In this document: positions 36,868 through 46,425 of the stretch, one piece after another
How the letters are laid out: each line of letters starts with the position of its first letter
Position numbering within the stretch: position 1 is the stretch's first letter
Source of the DNA: a virus
Lineage: Duplodnaviria > Caudoviricetes
IMG/VR virus record: IMGVR_UViG_3300017646_000068
Span: 1-57,526 of that record
Strand: one strand, 5' to 3'
DNA: 57,526 nucleotides
Program-made: the position numbers and the translations under genes
The notes under the pieces: model-generated
Told to the model about the DNA's origin: nothing
What the model saw: only the letters and a program-made list of their open reading frames with translations
Database searches by the model: none

Positions 36868-37128
36868 ATGGCTAAAATCGGTACTCAAAAAACAATTGAA
36901 GTAGAAGGAATTGAATATACACTGCAACATCCTGGAAGTCGTGCAAATGCACAAATCCAAGACCGTACGATGACAGATAAGGGGATTCCGTCGATGGAGA
37001 AAACGGCGGAAGAGATTTTTAAACACGTTATTGTAAATCCGAAAGTATCTTTCGAATACTTCGATGAACACGATGGTTACGACGAGGTGCTTGAAGAAGC
37101 TATGAAATTTCTTAGAACAGGAAAGTAA
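36868..37128 (+). CDS. Tail assembly chaperone (G part)
   Basis: YTLQHPG; lies between the tube and tape measure genes. Confidence 0.8.
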   Translation: MAKIGTQKTIEVEGIEYTLQHPGSRANAQIQDRTMTDKGIPSMEKTAEEIFKHVIVNPKVSFEYFDEHDGYDEVLEEAMKFLRTGK

Positions 37129-37312
37129 GGAGAAGAGCTTCGATTCAATCAAGCGAGAAGTAAAAGAGGAATGGTGGTTTTACCGTCCTATCGTAGAAAA
37201 AGTTGTTTCTTATACAGAAGCTCTTCATATGTCTAGGTTGCAATTGATGAAAATTAATGCGGCACTAGATATCAAGGCAGAACGTGAAGAAGCGGCTATG
37301 AAAAGGAAATAG
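37106..37312 (+). CDS. Tail chaperone extension (T part), probable +1 frameshift product
   Basis: The +1 frame is open from 37106: EEWWFYRPIVEKVVSYTEALHMSRLQLMKINAALD. No start/RBS at its 5' end. Confidence 0.65.
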   Translation, partial: NFLEQESKEKSFDSIKREVKEEWWFYRPIVEKVVSYTEALHMSRLQLMKINAALDIKAEREEAAMKRK

Positions 37313-37346
37313 ACTATTACAAATAACCGAGAAAGGAGGGGAAATC

Positions 37347-40300
37347 ATGGCTGAAGAATTAAGGAATATGACCGTATCGATTGGTTTTGATATACCTCGT
37401 TCGCCATTAAGCGGGCTAAACCGAGAAATGAATCAATTTACCCGGCATACCACAACGGCCAGTAGTGCGATGGGATCTTTTTCATCTGCGAACCGGGGAA
37501 TGATTCGCGAAAGTCGGGCGTTAAATCGAGCAGTCAATCGTCAAACTGAATTTATCAGAAGGTTGTCGGGAACATCAGGAATGACCGCGACTCAATTAGC
37601 AGATGATTGGGCACATATGTCAACTGAGATGCGTAGATCGTTCATACAAAATCATAATCAATTGATAGTACATCAAAGAGATTTGCTTGGCGTTGAAGAA
37701 AACATGCGTCGACTCGGTAATCAAATGGGTCATTATACAGGTACTACAAGTGACTTTATGAATGAAGTTCAACGATTAGGACGAGAGCACAGACGAATAT
37801 CTGATCAAATGATTAACAATGATATGTCTTTACGACAAGGATTCATCCCAACGGTTGCTACGATGTCTACAATGAGCACTCAGAGTGATAAAATCAGAGC
37901 GAATTACGAGCGTATGGGCCGAGCTATTTACAATGTAAACAGACCTTTTTTAGCTGTAACAAACAATTTAGAACGCATGGCGCGTTCAGGGAATGCGGCG
38001 CAACTAGCATTAGAAATGCTAGGACCTAACGCTAGTATGAAAGCTTTGCAAGACCAAGTGCGGTTGATTAACCAAGGGGTTATGAGACAGCAAGCGGTAG
38101 TTGTAGCAGCTGGTATTGCTTGGCTTGGTTTTACAGCTATTTTAGCGAACGCGGCTCTTGGCCCCGACCCTGCGGAAGTACGAGCAGAACAGGACCAATT
38201 AACACAAATTTATAAAGAAGAATGGCGAAAACGAGTAGATGAAATCAGTCATTTTGTCGGTATTTTTGAAAAAGTTTCTGTTCCGAAAGTAAAACCGTCT
38301 GATGTCATGAAAGCCATGCAATCGCAATTAAAGGCGGTACAAACATGGCGGAAGAGCTTGCAATCCCTAATTAAAAAAGGGGTAGATGAGGGCTTAATTA
38401 AGGAATTACAGAAGGCTGGACCAGCGGCTGCTTATGAAATCCGGGCCATTGATAGGATGAGTCAGCCGGAGCTTGATAAATATGTGCAAACATGGCGAGA
38501 TAAAATGTCACTCGCACGAACACAAGCGACAGATGAACTAACCAAGTTGAAACAACAAACGGATGCTAAAATCAAAGAATTACAGGATAGCATTAAACCG
38601 TTGGGTGCAGCATGGGAAAAATTCAAAGGGACTTGGGCAACGGCTCTTAAACCATTTGTGGATTTGTGGGGGCAATTAGCAGCTGGTTTCGTTACGATTG
38701 GAACGAAAATCGGTGAGTTCGTAAACTATCTAAATAGTATTAGCCCGTGGATTACTAAGTTAGCAGGCATGTTCATTTACTTAGTTGCTACATTCACGTT
38801 ATTACTTTCTCCTTTAGCGGTTGGTATTGGCTATATCATGGGTGTAAGGGCAGCATTTACGGCACTATGGATGCTTATCAGTCCATTAGTAACAGGCCTA
38901 GGAGCCATGATGGGTACAGTGCTACTCGTTTCTGGTGTTGTACTTGGATTAGGTGTAGCCCTATACCTTTTATGGACTCGATCTGAAACATTCCGAAATG
39001 GCGTGATTAAAGGGTGGAACGCGATTAAATCAGCGGCAGTGTCCGTTTATGGGTTTATTCGTCCATATATCATGCAAGCGATTGGTGCGGTCACTACTTT
39101 CGTAGGTCAAAAATTAGCCCAACTGAAAACCTTTTGGGATGAAAATGGTGCAATGATTCTTCAAGCGACTAAGAACTTTTTCACTCCAATTGTTTTCATT
39201 GTCCGTACTGTACTTGGAGCGGTCTGGTCTGTCATGAAATTCATGTGGCCTGTGGTGCTTTTATTGGTGAAATCTGTTTGGTCGAATATACGCGGAGTGA
39301 TAGATGGGGCTCTAAAAATTATTATGGGCTTGGCGAAAATATTCGGCGGTTTGTTCACTGGAAACTTCTCGAAAATGTGGGAAGGGGTTAAACAAGTATT
39401 TTTTGGAGCCATTCAATTTGTTTGGAATCTCATCAATTTAATGATGTTCGCAAAGATCTTGAGTGCTGGAAAAATGTTCATTACAGGGTTTAGAGATGTT
39501 TTTGTCGGTCTCTGGGCAGGACTGCGTACTCTGTTTACAAAGAGTGTTACTAACGTTAAAAACACCGTGCAGTATGGATTCACAGCAATGAAATTACTTG
39601 GCCAGACTATTATGACTGGTTTTAAAAATTCTATTAACGGCATCTGGACTGCAATACACGGGAATATCCGAGGAATGCTTGGAAGGATAGGCACTAGTAT
39701 TAAAACCGCCTGGACAACAGCTAGAACAGAAACCAAGACACTGTTCGGAATGATTAAAGATGATGTGACTGGAGTCTTTAAAAATATCGTACAGGCTGCT
39801 AAGGATTTACCGGGTAAAATCGGAAGAGGAATTAGTAGTATGGCCGGAAGAGTTGAAGAGGGTATCGGAACATTCGCTGGCAAGGTGTTCAGCGGCTTTA
39901 AGAAAGTCGTAAACGGCGCGATTGATGGGATTAACTGGGCGATGAAAGGGATTGGTCTTGAAACGACTATCGAGCTATGGAAGCCTCCTAAATACGCTAA
40001 AGGTACTTCTTTTCATCCTGGTGGACCCGCGATTCTCGGAGACGGTGGAGGGCCGGAATTATATCGTACACCATCTGGGCATGTTGGTTTATCTCCTGGT
40101 AGAGACACGCTCATGAACCTTCCTAAAGGAACAGAGGTATTGCCGTACAAACAATCCATGCAACTTCTAAACGCCGGACTTCCTGCTTACAAGAGTGGCG
40201 CGAAAGGAAAAGGTGAAAACGGAAGTGTTTTACACGATGCTGTGAATAAAGGGAAAAACATAGCTGGAAAAGCGTGGGACACTACTAAAAATGTTGCTGG

Positions 40301-41600
40301 AAATGTAAAGGAAGCTGCTTTTGATGTTTGGTCCTATATCTCTAATCCATCCAAATTAGCATCAAAGATATTCAAAGAGTTCGGAGTGGAGTTCCCTAAG
40401 ATGTCTGGTGCTGCTTACGAATTTGGTAAAGGGTCGGTTAGCTTCTTGAAAGATAAAACAATCGGGTTCTTAAAGGAACAACTTGCGGGCCTTTCCTTCG
40501 TCGGCAGTGAAAGTAAAGATCCCGGCGCTGTTGGTCCCGGTTCAGGATATGGCGGCATGATGAAATATGTTGAAGCTGTATATAACTCCGTTAAATCTCG
40601 TTTCGGGAAAACGCACTTCATGGGCGGTTACAATAACCGGAATGTGGTAGGCGGAAGCTCAAAATCTATGCACGCTTATGGTCGAGCTTTTGATATTGGT
40701 GGTTCTCACGAAACAATGTCTAAGATTGCGGAGTATTTACGTACAACAGCATCTCAACTTCAATACGTTATTTACAACAGACGGATTGCTGGTCCAGGCA
40801 TGGGGAAAGCGTGGAGAAGGTATACAGGGTTAAATCCTCATACAGACCATGTTCACGCTGATTTTAAAGCGGTCAGAAACAGTATTCCTGGTGACATTGG
40901 TAAATCCACGGGAAGTGCATCTGCGTGGAGAGATGACATCATTAGGGCAGCTGCGCAAATGAAAGAGTTTGTCACTCCATCAGAAATAAACGGTATCGTT
41001 GCACAGATTCAACGTGAATCCACAGGTAATCAAAGGATTGTGCAAAGTCCTTTGGTACGTGATGTTAATACAAGAAACGGAAACCCAGCCAAGGGATTGC
41101 TCCAATATATCCCGCAAACATTCGCTAAATATCGTATGAAAGGGTATGGAGATATTTTCAATGGGTATCACCAACTTCTCGCCTTCTTTAATAACCGAAA
41201 TTGGAGACGGGATTTGCCATATGGAAAACGCGGTTGGGGGCCGACAGGGTTAAGGAAATACGCAACAGGCGGAATTGCTTGGAGGCCGCAAATCGCTTCA
41301 TTAGCGGAAAACGGTTGGAAAGAATTTATCATCCCAACTCAGCCAAGTATGAGAAAAAACGCTCATGCTCTGCTTCAACAAGCGAATCATGAACTTGGAT
41401 ATACACCAGAAAGTTCAGGAAGTAGTTATACATCCTCAAGCGGAGGCTCACGTCCTGTTATCAACTTTAATCCGACCATTAACATCGATATGAGTGGCAA
41501 CAGTAACAATAGTGTTGATGTGGAAAAAGCGATACGAAAGGCGTTGGACGAACAATGGCAACGTCTTATTTCAATTTACGGAATTGAGGTGGTTCGATAG
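37347..41600 (+). CDS. Tape measure protein with peptidase-like and lytic transglycosylase domains
   Basis: 1417 aa with W/F periodic repeats; SMHAYGRAFD...HTDHVH and QRESTGN...KGLLQYI. Confidence 0.93.
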   Translation: MAEELRNMTVSIGFDIPRSPLSGLNREMNQFTRHTTTASSAMGSFSSANRGMIRESRALNRAVNRQTEFIRRLSGTSGMTATQLADDWAHMSTEMRRSFIQNHNQLIVHQRDLLGVEENMRRLGNQMGHYTGTTSDFMNEVQRLGREHRRISDQMINNDMSLRQGFIPTVATMSTMSTQSDKIRANYERMGRAIYNVNRPFLAVTNNLERMARSGNAAQLALEMLGPNASMKALQDQVRLINQGVMRQQAVVVAAGIAWLGFTAILANAALGPDPAEVRAEQDQLTQIYKEEWRKRVDEISHFVGIFEKVSVPKVKPSDVMKAMQSQLKAVQTWRKSLQSLIKKGVDEGLIKELQKAGPAAAYEIRAIDRMSQPELDKYVQTWRDKMSLARTQATDELTKLKQQTDAKIKELQDSIKPLGAAWEKFKGTWATALKPFVDLWGQLAAGFVTIGTKIGEFVNYLNSISPWITKLAGMFIYLVATFTLLLSPLAVGIGYIMGVRAAFTALWMLISPLVTGLGAMMGTVLLVSGVVLGLGVALYLLWTRSETFRNGVIKGWNAIKSAAVSVYGFIRPYIMQAIGAVTTFVGQKLAQLKTFWDENGAMILQATKNFFTPIVFIVRTVLGAVWSVMKFMWPVVLLLVKSVWSNIRGVIDGALKIIMGLAKIFGGLFTGNFSKMWEGVKQVFFGAIQFVWNLINLMMFAKILSAGKMFITGFRDVFVGLWAGLRTLFTKSVTNVKNTVQYGFTAMKLLGQTIMTGFKNSINGIWTAIHGNIRGMLGRIGTSIKTAWTTARTETKTLFGMIKDDVTGVFKNIVQAAKDLPGKIGRGISSMAGRVEEGIGTFAGKVFSGFKKVVNGAIDGINWAMKGIGLETTIELWKPPKYAKGTSFHPGGPAILGDGGGPELYRTPSGHVGLSPGRDTLMNLPKGTEVLPYKQSMQLLNAGLPAYKSGAKGKGENGSVLHDAVNKGKNIAGKAWDTTKNVAGNVKEAAFDVWSYISNPSKLASKIFKEFGVEFPKMSGAAYEFGKGSVSFLKDKTIGFLKEQLAGLSFVGSESKDPGAVGPGSGYGGMMKYVEAVYNSVKSRFGKTHFMGGYNNRNVVGGSSKSMHAYGRAFDIGGSHETMSKIAEYLRTTASQLQYVIYNRRIAGPGMGKAWRRYTGLNPHTDHVHADFKAVRNSIPGDIGKSTGSASAWRDDIIRAAAQMKEFVTPSEINGIVAQIQRESTGNQRIVQSPLVRDVNTRNGNPAKGLLQYIPQTFAKYRMKGYGDIFNGYHQLLAFFNNRNWRRDLPYGKRGWGPTGLRKYATGGIAWRPQIASLAENGWKEFIIPTQPSMRKNAHALLQQANHELGYTPESSGSSYTSSSGGSRPVINFNPTINIDMSGNSNNSVDVEKAIRKALDEQWQRLISIYGIEVVR

Positions 41601-42178
41601 TGGCGAAGCTTGGAAAGGTATATTTACAGATAACAAGCGAAGATATAAATGATTCAGTGGCAGCCACCTCTTATCCTGTCGAAAAAGGTGTTCCGTTTTC
41701 AGATCACGTTCAACGACAACCGAAATCCATATCGCTCAGCGGGTATGTGCTAGGCAGGGATTCTAAACAACGTCTGCAGCAATTACGAGATTCTATGAAT
41801 AAAGGCGAAATACTAAGCTACACTGGCCGTTCAATACTCAAAAATGTCATTATCTTGAGTATTGATGACAACCGAACAAACGAAACGGCAAATGGTAGTG
41901 CAGTAAACATCCAACTACAATTTATTCGTATTGTGAATACTTCGTGGGATAAAGTGCCAGCTAAGCAAAAAACGCAGCAGAAAAAGCAAACAAACGCAGG
42001 CAAAAAGCAACCGGTCTCTAAGAAAAAGACAACAGCTGTTTATCATATCGTGAAAAAGGGTGAAACGTATTCATCTATTGCTAAAAAATACGGCGTTTCT
42101 ATTAACTCGTTAAGAAAATTAAACCCTTGGAAAGATCGTTCTATTCCGATTGGAGCGAAAATGAAGGTGAAAGCATGA
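41600..42178 (+). CDS. Tail tube initiator/baseplate protein with LysM
   Basis: SYPVEKG...SDHV; C-terminal YHIVKKGETYSSIAKKYG..LRKLN. Confidence 0.85.
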   Translation: MAKLGKVYLQITSEDINDSVAATSYPVEKGVPFSDHVQRQPKSISLSGYVLGRDSKQRLQQLRDSMNKGEILSYTGRSILKNVIILSIDDNRTNETANGSAVNIQLQFIRIVNTSWDKVPAKQKTQQKKQTNAGKKQPVSKKKTTAVYHIVKKGETYSSIAKKYGVSINSLRKLNPWKDRSIPIGAKMKVKA

Positions 42179-42507
42179 GAGATTACATTCCTTTCGATAA
42201 AAATGCGATTCCTGAACGCTTTGAAATAGACTTAGCGGAGGAATCGTTTTTTCTTGAAATCAATTACAACGAAATAGGCGATTTCTTCACTATGGATCTT
42301 TTTGATGCTGACGAGAATCCACTTGTATTAGGCGAGAAAATAAGGTTAGGCATTCCTTTATGGTCAGATGTTCCTAACCCTAATCTTCCGGCACCAACTC
42401 TTATTCCACTTGATCAAAGTGGAAAAGAGAATCGCATCACATTTGATAATTTCGGTGAAACGGTATTTGTTTATATTGATGATGTAGGTGATGAAGATGA
42501 GCCCTAA
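42175..42507 (+). CDS. Small baseplate protein
   Basis: INYNEIGDFFTMDL...GEKIRLG; position. Confidence 0.7.
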   Translation: MRDYIPFDKNAIPERFEIDLAEESFFLEINYNEIGDFFTMDLFDADENPLVLGEKIRLGIPLWSDVPNPNLPAPTLIPLDQSGKENRITFDNFGETVFVYIDDVGDEDEP

Positions 42508-43342
42508 TGCGATGTTTGGTCGTGTCATAAAAATAACGGTAAAGGGCAAGTATTCCACAACCTTTTCTAATAAAGATCTAGAAATACGTTTTGACGTTCC
42601 TTTTGATGACGATGCCAAGCCTAATACTAGCACTGTAGAGATTTATAATCTCTCGAAAGATTCGATTAATCGGATGAAAAAAGACGATACTTGCACGATT
42701 CAAGCGGGATATAAAGATGATTACGGCGTGATTGCATCGGGGAAAATCACAACAATCCTTACAAATCGAAATGGTGTAGACAAAATCACAACGATTTCTT
42801 TTTTAGAAGGAGATGATTATTCTCGGGTTAAAGTCACTTCTAAAACAGCGGACAAAGCAGAAAAAGGAAAGAAGCAAAAACTGAAGATTGCCTTTAAAGC
42901 AGGAACGAAGGGGTCAACTATCATCAAAAAAATTTGCAGCGTGTTAGGGATTAAATTAGCACAAATGAAGTTGCCGAAAGATGTTACTTATAAAAAGGGT
43001 TATACGGTCACCGGTCAAATATTAAACAATCTGGAAGAAGTCGTGAAAGATTGTGGTGCTGCTCTTTATTATAAGCGAGGAAAGTTAATCATCCGGTCGA
43101 TTAAAGAAGGGGACGACGAACGATTTACACTTGAAGAAAAAACAGGTTTAATCGGTAGTCCTGAACCTTTCGATGATGAAAACGGAAAAGGATATAAAGT
43201 ACAATGCCTTCTCCAACATCGGCTGGCTGTTGCATCCATCGTTAAATTGAAGGCCAAAGGAATTGATGGTAAATATCGAGCAAAAAACGGTAGGCATTAT
43301 TGCGACGGTAGTGATTTTATGACGGAAGCGAGTGTCATCTAA
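42497..43342 (+). CDS. Baseplate hub protein
   Basis: IYNLS, IQAGY and TGLIGSPE. Confidence 0.8.
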   Translation: MSPNAMFGRVIKITVKGKYSTTFSNKDLEIRFDVPFDDDAKPNTSTVEIYNLSKDSINRMKKDDTCTIQAGYKDDYGVIASGKITTILTNRNGVDKITTISFLEGDDYSRVKVTSKTADKAEKGKKQKLKIAFKAGTKGSTIIKKICSVLGIKLAQMKLPKDVTYKKGYTVTGQILNNLEEVVKDCGAALYYKRGKLIIRSIKEGDDERFTLEEKTGLIGSPEPFDDENGKGYKVQCLLQHRLAVASIVKLKAKGIDGKYRAKNGRHYCDGSDFMTEASVI

Positions 43343-43797
43343 TGGCCAATGATACGAAATTTATTGATTTATTAGAACGGAGGATTAAGCTAAGTATCCA
43401 TACAACAGCCCCAGCAAGGGTTATCTCTTATAATGAATCGAAGTGCACAGCTGATGTGGAGCTTCTTTTTATGTCTGTAGATCAAGACGATAATGCGGAG
43501 AAATATAAAATTATTGAAGGTGTGCCGGTACAGGGGATGAGATATAAAATACCTGAATCGTTCAAAGCAGCTATTTCGAGCCTCATCCCGACTGAGGGAA
43601 GTATTGATGGTTCAAATGCTTCAGTTAAGATTGATAACGCGATTGAGTTTACTCCATTTTTGAAAAAAGACGATGTTGTGGTCGTCTCTTTTGCAGAAAG
43701 AGCGCTAGATAATCTTAACGGAACAAAAACATTTGATCCTGAATTTCATCGTACTCATGACATAAATGATTGCATTGTACTGGGGGTGTTATTTTGA
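43342..43797 (+). CDS. Baseplate spike-like protein (Gp138 N-terminal type)
   Basis: IHTTAPARVISY, VSFAERALD and RTHDINDCI. Confidence 0.75.
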   Translation: MANDTKFIDLLERRIKLSIHTTAPARVISYNESKCTADVELLFMSVDQDDNAEKYKIIEGVPVQGMRYKIPESFKAAISSLIPTEGSIDGSNASVKIDNAIEFTPFLKKDDVVVVSFAERALDNLNGTKTFDPEFHRTHDINDCIVLGVLF

Positions 43798-44159
43798 TAT
43801 CTCCAAAAATAGTGGATGGAGACTTAGTGATTGATGAAAATGGCGATATTGTCATGGTGGAAGGCGATGAAGAACTAAAGCAATCCGTACGGATGATTCT
43901 CGAAACTAGACAAGGAGAGTTTTTTCTTGAACCGGACCATGGCTTGGTTTTCGATAACCTTTTAGGGAAAGAAGCCGACCTAGCAAAAGCTCATGAAGAT
44001 ATTGTTGAAGCAGTTTTACAAGAAGAGAGAATTGCCTCTGTTGAAGACGTTATTTTTACTGATAACCAGCAAGAACGGACTAGATCTGTTTCTCTGAAAA
44101 TGCAAAAAACAGATGGAGGAACGCTTTCTTTGGAGGGGGTGAATATAGAATATGCTTGA
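43794..44159 (+). CDS. Baseplate wedge/sheath initiator (DUF2634/gp25-like)
   Basis: LETRQGEFFLEPDHGL. Confidence 0.8.
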   Translation: MISPKIVDGDLVIDENGDIVMVEGDEELKQSVRMILETRQGEFFLEPDHGLVFDNLLGKEADLAKAHEDIVEAVLQEERIASVEDVIFTDNQQERTRSVSLKMQKTDGGTLSLEGVNIEYA

Positions 44160-45321
44160 TGAACATGGATTTAAGAAAAAGACATACGCTGAACTAATTG
44201 AAGAAATGGAAGCGAAAGCTAGAGAAGGATTCGGTGAAACAATTAATCTATCGCCACGATCTTTTCTTGGCATCTTAATACGTCTTTATGCGTGGTTTTT
44301 AGCTATCGTATGGCAGGTAATAGAGAAGGTTTATAACAACTCATTCCCTGGTACAGCTGAAGGTATTTCTCTTGATCGAGCCGTAAGATTCAAGGGTATT
44401 AGTCGAAATCTTGAAGAGTATGCTTATGGAAACGTGAAAATAAGGGGAACGCCCGGTGCAACCATAGAGGCTGGTTTTATCGTAGGCACGAAAAAGAATA
44501 TTTATTTTGAGACAACGGAAGATGCCGTCCTGGATGAAATAGGGGTAGCTATCGTAGAGATTTATGCAGAAGAAAAAGGAACGCAAGGGAATGTGGCTGC
44601 TGGCGAAATTACAGAGATTTTATATCCCGACCCAGAAGTCATTTTTGAGGTTATTAATCTAGAACCAACAGCGGGTGGTACAGATAGAGAAACAGATGCA
44701 GCTCTATATGATAGGTATCAATCCTATCCTCCCAATAAAGGTGCATCCGATTTAGAAGGGATTCAGGCTGAACTATTAGAAGTGCCTGGTGTTCGTGATG
44801 CTATTGTAAGTCAGAATACATCAATGGTAGAGAAGGATGGAATTCCTCCTAAATCTATTGCACCGTTTGTTTTTGGTGGTACAGATCTTGATGTGGCAAA
44901 AGCTATTTTTGGAAGAAAAGCTGGTGGGATACAGTCATTCGGTTCAACGGTAGTAGAAGTTTTCGATTCAAAAAATATCAAGCATTATATTGGATTTACC
45001 CGGCCTGAAATTATTCAGATTTATGTACGAGTGACTTTAACAAAGAAAGCTAATTTTCCGTCCGATGGGATAGAAATAGTACGTGCTCAAATCTTAAATT
45101 ATATAGGTGGGGAAAATGAGTCCGGCACAGAATATCCAGGTCTTGGACTTAAACAGAATGTGATTATTAACCAAATCGTCTGGTCCATTATAGAACTAAA
45201 TATTGTAGATGATGTGGCAGTTGAATTAAGTACAGATGGAGTAACATACACATCCGGAAATATCACCGTGCTTGACGGTAAGGTCGCTAAAACGAGTTTT
45301 GATAAGGTTGTGGTTTCATGA
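44152..45321 (+). CDS. Baseplate J-like protein
   Basis: TAEGISLD, GTQGNVAAG, GGTDRETD and KAGGI. Confidence 0.92.
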   Translation: MLDEHGFKKKTYAELIEEMEAKAREGFGETINLSPRSFLGILIRLYAWFLAIVWQVIEKVYNNSFPGTAEGISLDRAVRFKGISRNLEEYAYGNVKIRGTPGATIEAGFIVGTKKNIYFETTEDAVLDEIGVAIVEIYAEEKGTQGNVAAGEITEILYPDPEVIFEVINLEPTAGGTDRETDAALYDRYQSYPPNKGASDLEGIQAELLEVPGVRDAIVSQNTSMVEKDGIPPKSIAPFVFGGTDLDVAKAIFGRKAGGIQSFGSTVVEVFDSKNIKHYIGFTRPEIIQIYVRVTLTKKANFPSDGIEIVRAQILNYIGGENESGTEYPGLGLKQNVIINQIVWSIIELNIVDDVAVELSTDGVTYTSGNITVLDGKVAKTSFDKVVVS

Positions 45322-46118
45322 TTTTTTTAGACAACATTCTCTCGAAACTGACCGATGCGTATAAAAAGACGAAAGAAAGCAAGATTGGAAGATTAATATC
45401 TATCGGCGCCTCACCGTTAGACGATATCGACAGTACGTTAACCCGTATGGAGGAATGGCGTGATATTGATTTAGCGAAAGGCAAAGCATTAGATCGATTA
45501 GGTCAAGAAATCGTTGGGGAATTTCGAGGCTCGTCTACGGATGAAGAGTATCGCTTGAAAATAAAGACAAGGATTGTGACAAACTTTTTATCAGATGGGG
45601 ACATCGAGAGTATAAATCGGCTCCTACAAATCTATTTGAATGAACATTTTATTAGTGCTCAAGAAGGGTGGAGTCTTAAAGGAAGTCCTTTTGATGGAGA
45701 ACCAGCCATGCTTTTTATTACGGTAAAAGGCGATGGTAATCCATACGGTATTCCCTTTTCTGACTTAAATCGAGTGGGGATAGGCGGAATAGGTACACAA
45801 TGGCAATATCTCTTGGAAAGAGAATTAACTGCAGCCGATGAATACCAACGCTGGATGTATCCATTTGAAAACTACGCTGGTCACATGATAGCAGCTGGCG
45901 AACAAATCACAAATGGGAACGCACTTTATCAAGCATCTTTAGAAATCAGCGGTGCTTATTCCAAAGCGGATAACCTTTATCTAATCTGCGGGGACTATGT
46001 TTCTGGAGACAATATCAGCAAGGATTACAACTCTAACTTTGAACTAAGTGGGGTTTATTCGTCGTTTTTACAAAACTATCCGATTTGCGGAAATTTTGTT
46101 GCAGGAGAGGTGATTTAA
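45318..46118 (+). CDS. Baseplate wedge protein
   Basis: DIDLAKGKALDRLG...R..STDEEYRL.IK. Confidence 0.78.
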   Translation: MIFLDNILSKLTDAYKKTKESKIGRLISIGASPLDDIDSTLTRMEEWRDIDLAKGKALDRLGQEIVGEFRGSSTDEEYRLKIKTRIVTNFLSDGDIESINRLLQIYLNEHFISAQEGWSLKGSPFDGEPAMLFITVKGDGNPYGIPFSDLNRVGIGGIGTQWQYLLERELTAADEYQRWMYPFENYAGHMIAAGEQITNGNALYQASLEISGAYSKADNLYLICGDYVSGDNISKDYNSNFELSGVYSSFLQNYPICGNFVAGEVI

Positions 46119-46414
46119 TGGCTATTACAACTGGTGGACATACCAAAATGAAAAACTGGCTGAAGGGATTTATTAAAGAAGGTCAATACACGATGGGTGG
46201 AGTGAAATACAAAACGCCTATCTATAAAACAGATTTAACAGGCGATGTTATTACGATTTATCTGTATTTAGATGATACGGTTTCCGGTACGATTACTAAG
46301 TTTGAATTACTTGATCAAGATGGAGCCGTATTCGATGATCAACCGGATAACATCGTAAAACCAAACATAAACGGTTTACTCATTTCTTTTAAATACACAT
46401 TAAAGAGAGTCTAG
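46118..46414 (+). CDS. Baseplate/tail fibre attachment protein
   Basis: Coupled TAATG start; position. Confidence 0.6.
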   Translation: MAITTGGHTKMKNWLKGFIKEGQYTMGGVKYKTPIYKTDLTGDVITIYLYLDDTVSGTITKFELLDQDGAVFDDQPDNIVKPNINGLLISFKYTLKRV

Positions 46415-46425
46415 GAGGTAATTGA

